NCBI RefSeq assembly: GCF_006345805.1
Contig: NC_043009.1
Coordinates: forward strand, 26,660,001 to 26,724,000
From: Octopus sinensis
Lineage: Eukaryota
Direction of reading: 5' to 3'
Length of the DNA: 64,000 nucleotides
The notes beneath the pieces were generated by a model. That model was not told the origin of the DNA, did not search any database, and worked only from the letters and a program-made list of their open reading frames with translations. This document shows positions 1 to 13,310 of this stretch, one piece after another (positions within the stretch are counted from its first letter, which is position 1; each line of letters opens with the position of its first letter). The translations under genes and the position numbers were made by a program.

Positions 1-781
1 TACTTACAACATATAACAATGGTCGAAATCTAATTTTTAAGACGTGAAGGGATATAAATTTGATGCAGGCGAGACTTTCCTCGGACCCTTAGACTCCACT
101 GTTTACTGTTTACGGGAAGTATTAATTACGAAAATTAATTTGAATGGTGTTAATAAAACTTTAATTTTCAAACATTCAACTGGCTCTATTCATTCAAAAT
201 TCTGTTAACTTTTTATTACTTTAGACCTGTTCAAAATAAAGCAATGTTAATTTTTACTAACGCAATGATTGACCCAATGCATCACCCGATGTGACACCGC
301 TACCTAGCATAAATTGATAGACATAACACACTGTCCACTTTAAACATTTTAGTGGTGTTCACTTTGTTGCCGTCACCGAAAACATTAACTCATCTCTCAA
401 GTTTATCTTCTTTTTTTTTTGTGGGGTGGGGTTTACCTGCAGATGTTCATCATCTACATGAGTCTCATCTATCTAGGTAAGAATCTTCAAATATCACAAA
501 TATTACTTCCTCTTCCATTTCTAAGAGTATGGGGTTGTAACTAGTTGCATAGGAAATTCTCTAATAACACCTATGGGGTCATTTAGTATAACACAGTTGT
601 TTTAAGGAGTTTGTGGATTTTTTTTTACTGTTCGTTAGAGGCCAGTATTTCTGGTTCGAGTTCTAAGCCTCTCTTCTATCAAACAACAAGGAACAGGGCT
701 GCAGCATACAAAGGAATTAATTACCATTTCCTTCAGATTTGAAGGCGTTTTACAAAGCAGTGTGTCACAAATATATATAAG

Positions 782-990
782 CACATGCACGTGACACACT
801 CGTAGCTAAAATGCTCGTGAGATGCACACGTGACACTCGTGATGAAAATGCATGTGGCACAAGTGAGATGTGCACATGATTCACATGTGACAAAATGTAC
901 GTGATATCCACACGTGACTCACGAACGATAAAAATGCACATCATATAAGATATGCACAGGGTACACATGTAGCATATTTGCACGTGAGAT
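782..990. repeat. Degenerate E-box-rich minisatellite
   Basis: CACGTG at 788, 827, 911 and 981; CACATG/CATGTG at 782, 851, 873, 882 and 964. Confidence 0.7.
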
Positions 991-1233
991 ATGTGCCATA
1001 TAAAGAAAATGTGTTGACCAAAATACAATAGTTCGTTTTGTTTTTTGTTTTTTTCTTAATGTTCGGTTGTACTGATTCCAGCTGATTAATTGGTAATTAA
1101 TTTCCATACATTAAGAAGTGACGTTTGAAAGTCATAGTTGACCTCTGCAAGATTTGAACTCAAAACCAAGACGGATGAAAAAGGGGTACAGTACGCCATG
1201 CTATTGTTTCGGCCAAATCGCTTTCCTCTTGTA

Positions 1234-1661
1234 CAGGGTATTCAAAAAGCCTCTCCGCAGTGAATTTTTCGGTGAATGGATTATTTCGAAGGGACTTTGG
1301 CCACCAAGATCACCTGATTTAACATCGCCAGACTTTTTTTTCTGGGGAGCAAGTAAAGGAACAGTGTACAAGAATCGCCCGAAAAACCATTAATGAGCTA
1401 AAAGACGCAATCATAAAAGACACAATCAAAATAACCTTCACACGGTCCATACCTCGTCAGACTCTCCAAGGTGTATTTCAAAACATGTGTAGAAGAGTCA
1501 ACTTATGTATTGAAAATGAAGGACGACACTTTCAACACCTCTTATAAAGCTTTTTTAAAGTCTTGTAAAGTCTAATATATTCTTTTGTAGTCTTATAACA
1601 TCTTATAAATATTTATTTTGCAATAAAATACTTACTGCGGAGGGACTTTTTGAACACCCTG
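1234..1661 (+). mobile_element. Internally deleted Tc1/mariner-superfamily element (428 bp)
   Basis: 28-bp TIRs (CAGGGTATTCAAAAAGCCTCTCCGCAGT / ACTGCGGAGGGACTTTTTGAACACCCTG) with TA on both sides. Remnant peptide GLWPPRSPDLTSPDFFFWG is a transposase C-terminal motif. Confidence 0.9.
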
Positions 1662-2234
1662 TATCTTAAATATATTTTGAAACGTGAGCGAGTACTAAAA
1701 AACAAAGTACACAGATCTTGCCTAGAGCTCTGACGCTACTTTTTCACCTGTTACCCTCTGACCTTCAAAATCTCTCTCACACACACGCATACACACATAC
1801 CTATATGTATGTATTCTCTTTTTGTTTTACAGAAAAAGGAATGTGTTGGTATACATACATTTTTCTGTGCTATTGTTACTATTATCGTTTAGCCCCAGGC
1901 CAGCTTTCATCCAGCAAATCTATTTATGATCTAAAACATTCTAACAGGGATAATCCAGGATTATATTATCTAATCTCCCTCTTTTTCTTAAGATGAGATA
2001 AAAGGGGAATTGCATAAGGGCTCTCTTGTAAACTCGACTTATTAATTAATTAACCAATTAATTAACATGTTTATTTGTTTATTGGCGTAACCATGGCTTT
2101 GTAGCAAAGAAGTTCGCTTCGCAATCACCTGGTTTTGGATTCAGTCCCACTGTATGGAACCTTGAGCAAGTATTTTCTGCCATACCTCCTTGTGGCTGAA
2201 TTTGGTGGAGTGAAACTGTGTAGAAGCCCGACGT

Positions 2235-2490
2235 ATATGTATGTGTGTGTGTATATATGTATGTGTGTATATATGTCTGTGTGTATGTATATGTATGTGT
2301 GTATATATGTCTGTGTGTATGTATATGTATGTGTATATATATATATATATGTGTGTATGTGTGTGTGTGTGTGTGCGTATGTGTGTGTGTGTGTATGTGC
2401 GTATATATGTGTGTGGTGTGTGTATGTGCGTATATATATGTGTGTGTGTGTATGTATATATGTGTGCATATATGTATATATACATGTGTG

Positions 2491-2539
<49 letters not shown>

Positions 2540-2552
2540 GTGTGTGTGTGTC
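2235..2552. repeat. Compound (TG)/(TA)/(TATG) microsatellite
   Basis: Direct inspection. Confidence 0.95.
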
Positions 2553-4094
2553 AAAAAATGAAAACGGCTACACGTTTATGTCACGTGACATAGCTGTTCG
2601 GCAAAAAGTTCTCGATAGAATATGTCCGACGCAAAATAAGTACGAGGGTCGATTTAGACGGTTGACCCCACTTCGGTGCAGTGCTCCAGCATGGTTGGAG
2701 TCCGATGACCGAAAAAAATAAAAAATATTGTTGACCGAATTCTGTAGCTTTAAGAAAATAAGAGATTAATATTCCTCCTGGAGTAGACGCTAGTGCATTG
2801 GGTAAAAATACAGGAAGTCGGACCAGTGGATATACCACTACATAGTCGCTTAACCTGCTAGAAACAGCAGCTAAATCTCTCTCAGATCACACACATACTG
2901 TTATTTTAAATAAAGGACACATTTGATAAGGTAGTTAATCCTAAATATCGCTAAAATACAGGGTGGTCATGGCGAGGATGTCTATGATCATAGGCCTGCC
3001 CCGATTAAGTTCGACCATGGGCTAAACATCTTCTACAACAACAGCAAGTGGAATCCAGATAGACATACAAAGAAAACGCATGAATGCGCGCATGCATAAA
3101 ACATGAAGTGAACTTGCGGCCCGGGAGCTAGTTTTTCGCACACGAAAAATATGAGTAACGGCTAATATAGACTCACGTGCTTTCCTCTCGCCCACCCCTT
3201 CAGTTATTGTATTACGTGTACCGTAAATAATAAAAACGGTCGACCAGTGGTGAGGTGTGTCAGAGTAAGCCGGCATCGATCCTGGACACATGTTGTTTCA
3301 TTATTTCACTGACGTCACAAAAGCCTTTAGTGAAAGGGCTTCAACATCCTGTTGTCTTTTGTTTTGTAGTTTTTTTGTTTCGTTTTGTTTTGTTTTGTTT
3401 GGAAAAAAATAAACAATGGAAACTTTACGCTTCGTGATTGTGCAAGAAGTCATTATTGATGTACACACACAACACTTCATCGAATGAAGTAAGAGGTGAA
3501 GGAGGAGGAGGAGAGAGAGAGAGAGTTATGCAAGAGATGCAGGTGAAAGGCAGAGCAGACAGACGGCCAGATAGATGGAAATGAAGGTGTGAGAAGCGGA
3601 GTGGGCAGGTAGAGAAGAAAAGAGTGATGTAAGAAATCATTAATGTTATACCCCTTCCTCTCCCTTTCTCAATATGGAATTTTTTAATAATGGGGGATTA
3701 AACCATAGAACACAGTAAGAGGAGGAGGAGGAGCGGGAATTATGCAAGAGACGGAGGAAAGAGAGAGAGAGAGAAGGACAGTTAATCATAAAGGTGTGAC
3801 GAGAAGTGGAAGAAAGGTGGGTGAAGAAGTAGGTGATAGAAGAAAGATGGAGAATGGAGATGTAAAGCAGTAAAAGGGTAGAGAGAGAGGGGGATGATGA
3901 GAGAAAGAGAGAGAGATGGAGGGTAATGTATATAAAAGTACAGGGTGGGAGGGATAGAAAGAGTGTGGGTGGATGAAAGGAAGGAAGAAGTGGAATGAGA
4001 AGCGTGAGAGAGGAAACAGGGACGAACAGAAATGTGTGTATGCGTGTGTGTACAAATATATGCTTGTGAATATGTGTGTGTGTAGGTGTGTGTG

Positions 4095-4375
4095 GCCTAG
4101 TGGTTAGAGCATTGCACTCATCATCGCTACATCGCGGGTTCGATTCCAAGACAGGACTGCGCGTAGTGTTCTTGAGCAAAACACTTCATTTCACGTCGCT
4201 CCAATCTACTCAGCTGTAAATGGGCCACATTGTAACGGAATAGCTTTCCAATCGGGGTGGGGGTGTCTGCTCCTCTAAACAGGGTGGTGGCGTCATTCGA
4301 AAGCTGGAAAAATTATGCAAAGCGGGTTGTGACCAGCGTTGTACAACAACATCCGATAGTCTGGTCGATACGCTT
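4095..4375 (+). mobile_element. tRNA-derived SINE family B (CORE-like)
   Basis: GGCCTAGTGGTTAGAGC (box A), GGGTTCGATTCC (box B), GTGTTCTTGAGCAAAACACTT CORE-like segment. Related copies at about 5465-5745(+), 12808-13050(+), 35488-35805(+), 41000-41270(-), 51700-52030(-), 58735-58880(+) and 63330-63470(-). Confidence 0.8.
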
Positions 4376-4441
4376 CAGCAATGTAACTATACGTGTAATG
4401 TTGGCGATTTCTTTTCCTTCTTTGGGTTTTTCCTTTTCTCC

Positions 4442-4474
4442 TTTCCGATGAAGAGCTAGGCTCGAAACGTCAAA
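4442..4474 (+). ncRNA. Minimal type I hammerhead-ribozyme-like motif with one core mismatch
   Basis: TTT-C(C)GATGA-A-GAGC-TAG-GCTC-GAAACGTC-AAA: stem I TTT/AAA, stem II GAGC/GCTC, palindromic ACGT stem III, GUC cleavage triplet; core position U4 is C. Confidence 0.55.
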
Positions 4475-4614
4475 CTTTCTCCTTTTCCCGAGTCTCAAGC
4501 TATTACGTTTCTTGTGCACGTCCTCATGTTGTCCGTTTTTATTCGCTTATTTGAAATGTTTGTTTATTTAAATTGATTATAGATAGATAGATAGATAGTT
4601 TCAAGCAGAATGTA

Positions 4615-4814
4615 TTAGGTTGGTGCATAATTATTGCGGCTTTTTTCCAATAGATTTTATTCAATTAAAACAACATTTAACAAAAACCATCTTTAAATGA
4701 TTATTCCGGAGCATATTCACCATCTACTTCAATTTCTGCTTAGCGTTTTGTTTAAATTTTTTGTTGAATGAAATTTATTGAAAAAAAAGCCGCAATAATT
4801 ATGCACCATCCTAA
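4615..4814. mobile_element. Mariner-type MITE (200 bp)
   Basis: TIRs TTAGGTTGGTGCATAATTATTGCGGCTTTTTT and its reverse complement (1 mismatch); TA on both sides; TIR resembles Hsmar1/MADE1 ends. Confidence 0.88.
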
Positions 4815-5395
4815 TATAGGTGTTTAGATAGATAGATAGATAGATAATCTATGTATTCTTTTCCCGGCAACAACGTGATATACCAGAAATATACACACAC
4901 GCACACTCTTACATCGTTCTCACTCGTCTATAATTTGATACAAAACATGAAGCGCAAAATTGTGGGAGGGAGAAATATTCTATTGCAGTGCTACTACGAT
5001 CATGCTGGAGCATCGTCTTCAAAGGTTTTAGTCGATCGTATCGATCCCAGTAATTATTTTCAGACTGATATTTATTTTATCGATCTCATTTCAATGCGTG
5101 TCTAAGTAAGATATCCTTTGATAACTGAGGACGCAAGTCGAGACACTTCATTCATATCTATATACACAAACACGGATGCAGACACATGACATATTCACAC
5201 ACACACACACAGACACACACACGCACACGATGTATATTGCTGATTTGAAAATAATGTTGAAGGTATATGTGGTGTTTGTATATCAACGTGGTATGTGCGT
5301 CAGCCATTTTGAACTGAATCTGCACTTAAAAGGACTTTATCCTTTATATATATTGTTCAGTATTTACGTGTTGAAAAATGTATCTTTCTACTTGT

Positions 5396-5426
<31 letters not shown>

Positions 5427-5754
5427 GAAATATTAAAATTACTAAGTCTCTCTATATATAGTGTGGAGTCGCAATGGACCAGCGGTTAGGATCGCGGTTT
5501 CGATTCCCAGACCGGGCGTTGTGAGTGTTTATTGAGCGTAAACACCTAAAGCTTCACGAGGCTCCTGCAGGCGGTGGTGGCGATCCCTACTGTACTCTTT
5601 CGCCACAACTTTCTCTCACTCTTTCTTCTGTTGGTGGCCTGCTCGCTTAGCCAGCGGGGTGGCGTCGTTTAAAAACTAAAACAATACGAAGCGCATTGTG
5701 ACCAGCGATGTGTAGTAACATCTGATAGCCTGGTCGCTCACGTTGATATATATA

Positions 5755-6119
5755 CAGTAGAACCTCGGAGTACGAGTGCCCCATTGTACGAGTAGATTGC
5801 TGTACGAGCCGATGCTCGTGCGAATTTTTGTCTTGAAGTACGAGCGGATATTCGCAACCGTTCCGTCTTTAAGGTAATTCTGTTGATAAAACTAGTTTAC
5901 GTATTTCTTTTGTATTCTCTTTTTTATAATTGTCATTTTACTTCTAACTACACCTTTTCTGTTTTAAAACCCATAAAAAATTATTTTTGAGTGGTTTGTG
6001 GGGGTTGGAACTGATTAATTATATTTTAGTTAATTTCAATGGGGAAAATTGATTTGCAAAACGAGTAAATCATATGACGAGCTCGGTCATGGAACGAATT
6101 AAACTGCGAGGTATCACTG
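5755..6119. mobile_element. Pogo/Tigger-like MITE, degenerate
   Basis: Starts TA|CAGTAGAACCTCG and ends CGAGGTATCACTG (imperfect TIRs); internal repeated TACGAG motifs. Confidence 0.55.
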
Positions 6120-6401
6120 GTTTTATATATAAACTCAATATGCGTATGCTTCAAAAAAACATTAGTCCTGAGTGTAATAAGAAATGATGTGACAAAGGAA
6201 CAAGAACTCCCGTAGGTTACAGCTGTTTCTGCTTTAGGATACAATGCACTCATAGTTAAGCGCTTGTGTATCACTTCTGTTCGCTTATAATTTATGCAAT
6301 CTTTTATTACGCTCTGTACTCGACTAACGCTTTTTAAAGTTTATGTGTCTGTGTCTGTGTGATAAGGCTTCTACAAGAACTCGATCAGCTAAGAAAGTAA
6401 A

Positions 6402-6770
6402 TATAATCTTTTCTACTCCAGGCACAAGGCCCGAAATTATTTGGGGTCGGGAAGACAGTCGATTAGATCGACCCCAGTACGTAACTGGTACTTAATTTAT
6501 CGACCCCGAAAGGATGAAATGGAAAGTCAATCTCGCAGGATTTGAACTCAGAACGTAAAGGCAGACGAAATACCTATTTCTTTACTACCCACAAGGGGCA
6601 AGAACAGACAAACGGATTAAGTCGATTATCTCGACCCCAGTGCGTAACTGGTACTTAATTTATCGACCCCGAAAGGATGAAAGGCAAAGTCGACCTCGGC
6701 GGAATTTGAACTCAGAACGTAGCGGCAGGCGAAATACCGCTAAGCATTTTGCCCAGCTCGCCGCCTTAAA
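6402..6770 (-). mobile_element. tRNA-derived SINE family A, composite copy
   Basis: Reverse complement of head GGCGGCGAGCTGG..., box B GAGTTCAAATTCC and core CCTTTCATCCTTTCGGGGTCGATAAATTAAGTACCAG; the core is duplicated internally. Confidence 0.9.
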
Positions 6771-6866
6771 GTTTAAATATAATGTTATAATAAAAGCCAC
6801 AAATCTGGTTAAATACTGCTACACAGGGTTTTCTGCTCGAAATGATAATTTATTTCGCCATTTTCG

Positions 6867-6958
6867 AGCTAAGAACAAGACCGTTTTTCAGTTGTCCTTT
6901 GAGTAGATGATGTTTATCTGCTCAAAGGACAACTGACAAGTGATCTTGTTCTCAGCTT
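6867..6958. repeat. About 92-nt hairpin / palindrome
   Basis: CAGTTGTCCTTTGAGTAGAT pairs with ATCTGCTCAAAGGACAACTG around a 7-nt loop; outer AGCTAAGAACAAGA pairs with TCTTGTTCTCAGCT. Confidence 0.85.
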
Positions 6959-7329
6959 GCAAAATGGCAAAATAAATTATTATTTCGACCAGGAAACCCA
7001 GGGTGGCCGTATTTAACAAGATATGTGATTTTTATTATAACATATTATATATACACGAGTGAAAGATAATGGCACTCAACATGGTTGCAAGGAGTTATAT
7101 GTATTATCTAATAACAGTTTGTTTCGTATCCGTACCACTTAAAAGTTTCGTAGGCTCGTAAAAGAAGATACTTGAGGAGACAGGTTTGTTCTACAAGCCT
7201 ACGAATCTGTAGATTGTACGGTACTGAATCAAATTATTAAATATGTGAGTATATAACGTCGAGCTGCACATAACCAGTTATGGTATAAAACTGAACAGAG
7301 AATTACTGATGGTTTAGCGCCACTGTTGC

Positions 7330-8010
7330 ACTTGGCAATATTGGTCTTTAGACATTCTGGCCGGAAGCTACCACGACCACACCTACCATCGCCGCTACAA
7401 ACACTACGGTTGCAACCCGCACCGCTACAACCAACACCACCACCACCACCGCCGCCGCCATCACTGTCACAAAAACCACCACATCTGCAACTATTACCGA
7501 CACAACCGCTACGACCACCACCAATACCATCACCATCACCGCTATTCCTAGCAAATAATATTTTTCCAACCACATATTTTTAATGCCACGACAAAAAGCA
7601 ACAATGACCGACACTGCTTTTATTACCATTCACCGTTACCACTGACAGCAGCAGCACCACCACCACCACCACAACAACAATCACTACCAACATCACCACC
7701 ACTACTACCAACAGCAACATCATCATCACAATCACTAACAAAAAAGCCACAATCACCACCACCACAGCAACAAAACACACCCATAGTTATAAACTCCACC
7801 ACAACCGCCACCGTCATCACGCTTCCCCATAATCACGAATACCACCACTGACAACACCACCACCCTCACAATTGCAGCTACCACCATAATCACTGATACT
7901 ACCACCGCCACCACCACCACCACCACCACAACTATTAACACCACCAACTACAACAACCTTATCAGCAACACCACCAACATAATGCACCGATATCACAGAG
8001 TACCACACCC
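7330..8010. repeat. (ACC/CAA)-rich degenerate trinucleotide tract
   Basis: Direct inspection; ORFs here are poly-Pro/Val/Gly artefacts. Confidence 0.9.
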
Positions 8011-8083
8011 CACCAATTTACTATATTTAATAAAAGCCTAATAATTGTGAATTGGTTACCTGAAAGAAAGAGAAACAAAATGC

Positions 8084-8117
<34 letters not shown>

Positions 8118-8933
8118 GACTACACAGAAAAAGACAGACGAAAATTGTAGTTATTTTTCTATTTTTCAAGTTCTTTCTATTTATTGGGGAAGTGGCCATC
8201 GTTTTTATAGTCGTTGTTATTGTTGTTGTTTCCTGTCTGCGTTTTGATCTATTTTATAGTTGTAATAGTTTTCGATGTGTTATATTGGACCTATTGATTT
8301 TTGTTATGCAGTGTGTGGCCTTTATTATTTTTTTATCCTTTTTAATAGAAACTGAGGAGAGCGAGATCAAAGGGAAGCAATTCAAAGTTTGTGTGCATGT
8401 GTGTGTGTATGCGCGCGCGTGTGTATGTCTATATGTTTTTGTGAACTTATAACGGGAAAAAATAAATAAAAGCGTCTACCTTTCACATCCTCTCTCTTCT
8501 GTGTTGTTAGTGAATGAGAGAATTACCCTAAGCTGGTGGATAAAAAGTCATGTAAAATAAACATTAGTCGTGATCGTCTGCTGGAGTATAGCGAGTCTCT
8601 CTATCTATCTCTCGCTCTTTCTCTCTCTCACTCTCTCTCTATATCAATCAGTCTATTTATATATATATATATATTTCTGCGTGTTTGAAGAAAATGGAGA
8701 GGGTGTTTGACGAGATGTGAGGTCATGAATTGTCGAATGATGCTGAACAGAAGCTGCCTGTGATAATATTAATGTCGACGAGACTTGGACAATATATTTA
8801 TTTGCTTATTTATTCATTGATTCGTGGTTTTTCAATGCTTTTATTTTTATATAAAAGCAACCAGTACTTCTATTTTTGTCTAGGAAGTTCCCTCTCCAAC
8901 GATCAATCTATACCTTTATCTATCTACCTAATG

Positions 8934-8984
<51 letters not shown>

Positions 8985-9050
8985 CGTCTCTACCGCTCTC
9001 GATCTCTTGCACTATTTATCTGTCTCTACCGTTCTAAACTTCTTGCTCTA

Positions 9051-9123
<73 letters not shown>

Positions 9124-9240
9124 ACTTCTACCCCTCTCTCAATCCCTCATCAATTATTTCTATTTTTATCTCACTCGATCTCTCGATCTATCTATACTTT
9201 ATAACACATACACATACTCTCTGTCTTTCTCTCTCTCTCG

Positions 9241-9271
<31 letters not shown>

Positions 9272-10727
9272 GAGCAACTTATCTATATATCCCAAACTCT
9301 CGTTCCAGCTATATATTTCTCTCTCCTCCTCTCACACACGTATACACTGTCTATCTATACTCCTGTCTGTTTCTTACTCTCTCTTTTTAATTAACCCTGT
9401 TTAAATATATGAATAGTCCTAAATCTACCTATTCATATCCCTTTCATCCACGTAGCCCCTCGTTAGCCATCCCTTTTTCGTTTCGTCTTTAATCATATCC
9501 TTCTCTTTCCCCTATCACTTTCTCATCTCCCTACCTCCCTATTTCTTTTTCCATCCGTAACTCTACCTCACGCCATCCTTAACCCATTCCTTCATTCTCG
9601 TCTCCCAGTTTAATTCTTTAATTCTTCTTCCATATCGCTGTTTCTCTCTTCGTTTCCCTTCCACTCCTCACTTTCCGCTCTCTTTCTCTTTTTTCTCTCC
9701 TCTTTATCTTTTCTCTCCCCTTTCACTCTCGCCCCCCCTTCTCCTACATCCCCAGATACGTATTCATTAATACAAATATTATCATTGATTTGGTAATGAA
9801 AGAAATTCAATAACATTTCGATTCGTTAAAATATTAAGTCCCATTAAAATTAGAAACCTATTTCACCTCCTCTCTATACACCATCATTCTACTCCCCACC
9901 TCCCCCACCATAGCCCCCTCCCCGATTCAGTACATTAGAGTTATATATTCCTAATGTTAATGCAATCTTTTCTAAAAAAAAATTAAAAAACACAAAAATG
10001 GCGTCGTTATTAGTTTAACGCACAAACTCAATTCAACCATAAAATCTGACATATATTTATTTAAATAGATTTTATTTATTTATTTTCTGTAACATGTTAT
10101 CATTTTTATTATTGTAATTAATGCTGTTATTGCCATTGGAACAAGACAAGAAGCTAGGGGGAAAATGGGAGAGGGAAGTGTCGACTGGTGGAAACTACGA
10201 TAAAGTTTCGAATCCACAGCTGAAGATAGTTCATTTCAGTTATGACAGAAACGCTCTACGGGAAAGAATAAACCTCAAAATATCTCTTAGTTTGTTCCTC
10301 ATGGAGTCGAGAAATGGTGGAGTAGCTGCCATTTTGGATTGTCAACTCACACGTTTGGAATCTTCTCAAATTCGCTGAAGGTGACCAAAATGAGGAACTA
10401 TTAACGCTTCACTCGAACCGCTAGAAAAATATCCAGTTCTCCTTAAAATCACAACCTATTGTCTCATAGGAGGGGGGGACAAGTTAGACAATGTAGTTTC
10501 TGGTAAACAAAAAAGATGGAATGGTCATAGGTGGAGGGCTTTTAATCATAACTCAGAAGGTCTGTTTGATATCTAAACAACAACAAAAGCTAGATATTTC
10601 GTTGGTCTTTAAGCTGCAGTATAAATTATATTGGCAGCTTCTATTATAGGCCCGAGGAGCAACTAGTAATTTGTGTGGGAATTTAGTAGAGACAAACTGT
10701 GGGGAAGTTTGTGTGTGTGATATATAT

Positions 10728-10796
<69 letters not shown>

Positions 10797-11804
10797 TGTA
10801 TGTATGTATTATGCGTGCGCCTGTATGCGCGCACGCGTCTTATACGTTTTCCCCCGCTTGACAACTGCTGTTGATTTCCTTGCGTCTCTCTAATCTATTG
10901 GTTCGACAAGACTCCGATTCAAAAAGTACCAAAATAAGTACCAAGAATCGATTTGTTCGACTAAGCCCTTCAAGGCAGTGCCCTAGCATGAGCGCAGTCT
11001 TCTGACCACGGCCAGTAAAAGGTTAAAAGAATCAAAAGAATAAAAGAATCCAAAGATTATTGCGTTTCCTGGAGTAAAACCGTGTTTGATTCAGTACGAA
11101 ATTCATAAGTTTACATAATTTATTTAGATCAACTTCAATAACATTCTTCGGTCGCTATGATTCCAATAATGACAATATTTGGTAACTCAGTATTGTATGA
11201 AACGCACCGGAACATAATCAGGAAGAATGTCTCTCACACAGAAATGTTTATTTTTCATGAGTTTATTTTAAATATTTAGATCCAATTCCTGAAAAATATC
11301 CAAGTTTTCGGTAATACTTTGTAATTTTAGAATTTCTTTTTGGTTTTTTTTTTTTGTTATTGTTCATGGAAACAATTTAGTATTTATTTAGGATCCTATA
11401 ACTGTGGTTCTTTGATTGGCTCTAATTGGATAGACGACGTTAACTATGTATACTTATCTCATTTCCCTTCAACCATTTCTTTCCCATTTTCTTTTTTATT
11501 TTTTTGCCCACGGAAGGCCACATGCATATTGTGAACGGTTTTGCAAAGTCCCACCTCATTTGATGCTCCTGTGGCTAATACAATTATTATTCATTGTCAT
11601 CCTCTCTTCTTCCTGCGCCTCCTACTTTTCCAACCAATCCGCCGAATATACAGCCCCTACGCCACCCCACCCCAAAGTGAAAGGCGAAGTTGACCTTGAC
11701 GGGATTTGAACTCTAACTGTAAAGAGTTAGAACGACTATCATTACCTGATTTATTAAAAACAACAAGAAAAAGTTTCACACGTCTGTTCCTTTCTCCCAT
11801 CTAT

Positions 11805-12385
11805 CTACACACACACATGCCATCACACACATATACACACCATCACACACACACACACAATCACACCATCACGCACACCATCACACACACATCATCTCTT
11901 ACACACACACAAACTATCTCACACACAGACTCACACACATACAATCACACCATCAAACACACACACCATCACACATACCATCACACACACACACCATCTC
12001 ACACATAGACTCACATCATCACACACACAGACTCACACACACAGACTCACACACATACAATCACACCATCACACACACACATCATCAAGCACAGATACCA
12101 TCACGCACACCATCACACACACACCATCACATACACCCCATCACACACACCATCACACACACACCATCACACACACACCATCATACACACACCATCTCAC
12201 ACACAGACTCACACACATACAATCACACCATCACACACACATCATCACACACACACATCATCACACACACACACATCATCACACACACACACACACCATC
12301 ACACACACACCATCACACACACAATCACACACATACACACACCATCATACACACGCACACACACGCACACACACACACACCATCA
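11805..12385. repeat. (CA)nCCAT degenerate minisatellite
   Basis: Recurrent CACACACACCAT units. Confidence 0.9.
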
Positions 12386-12727
12386 GACCAATCAATGGTA
12401 AACAAAGGACCTCTGATGAATGTCATCTTCCATATAAGGCTGAATCACTCCATATTGTTTAATATGACTGTCATATATTCTGTGTCATGTTTAATTATCT
12501 GAAGAACAATTAACTCAAACACCAACAAAAATAATTACATTCATTTTCGCGCCAATAATAACAATCGATGCATAATCGATCAAAAGAAAGTTTTTTGTTT
12601 TGTTTGTTATTTTTTTACTATGTGAGTAGGTGTTGAAACAATAGGATCAGCTCAAAATCGGATTGTTTATAGACATACTTCGAGGTTTAGATATATTATT
12701 ATATATATATATATATAATAATATATA

Positions 12728-12804
<77 letters not shown>

Positions 12805-13065
12805 CACATGGCCTAGTGGTTAGAGCAGGTGACTCGCGGTCGAGGGATCGCAGGTTCGAATCTCAGACCGGGCGATGTGTATGCTTATGAGTGAAAACAC
12901 CTAATTCTACGCGGCTCCGGCAGAAGGTAATGGCGAACTTCTGCTGACTCTTTCGCCACAACTTTCACTCTTTTCCTTCCTGCATCTTGCATCTCACCTG
13001 CGAGCGACCGGGAAACCGGCCCTATGAAGCCAGGGATGGCTCGAGAAGGAACAAACATATATATT

Positions 13066-13119
<54 letters not shown>

Positions 13120-13139
13120 GAGAACAAGCAAACATCAAT

Positions 13140-13310
13140 GTTTCTCAGAATCATAGCTTTAATTGAGGTGATGCCTTCAGATGCAAGGATAACTGTGTTT
13201 GGAATAAAAGAACTCCATTTAACGTTTGAAATGCGATGAAGGCATTTTTGGTGGAATTGTTCTAACAATTTAAAATGTCTTTCATAACATGTCCATGTTT
13301 CACAAAAATA
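13140..13310 (-). mobile_element. RTE-clade LINE fragment (post-RT region)
   Basis: YFCETWTCYERHFKLLEQFHQKCLHRISNVKW matches the RTE YG.ETW......LE.FH..CLR.I..W motif. Confidence 0.75.

Noticed and set aside
2125-2721. Long ORFs rich in Y/I/H/T/C/V/M here and at about 18100-19100, 28900-29400, 36500-37700 and 39270-40400
   Set aside because: Translations of TA/CA/TG microsatellites, which lack stops in several frames; not genes.
4095-4170. tRNA genes (box A/B sequences here and in other SINE heads)
   Set aside because: No full cloverleaf; heads continue into SINE bodies.
7229-8008. Gly-, Pro- or Val-rich ORFs
   Set aside because: Products of the ACC/CAA trinucleotide tract; no splice or domain support.
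8054-8085. Minus-strand pyrimidine tract + CAG|GTAACC (recursive-splice-like site)
   Set aside because: No minus-strand gene is supported around it; a single motif can arise by chance.
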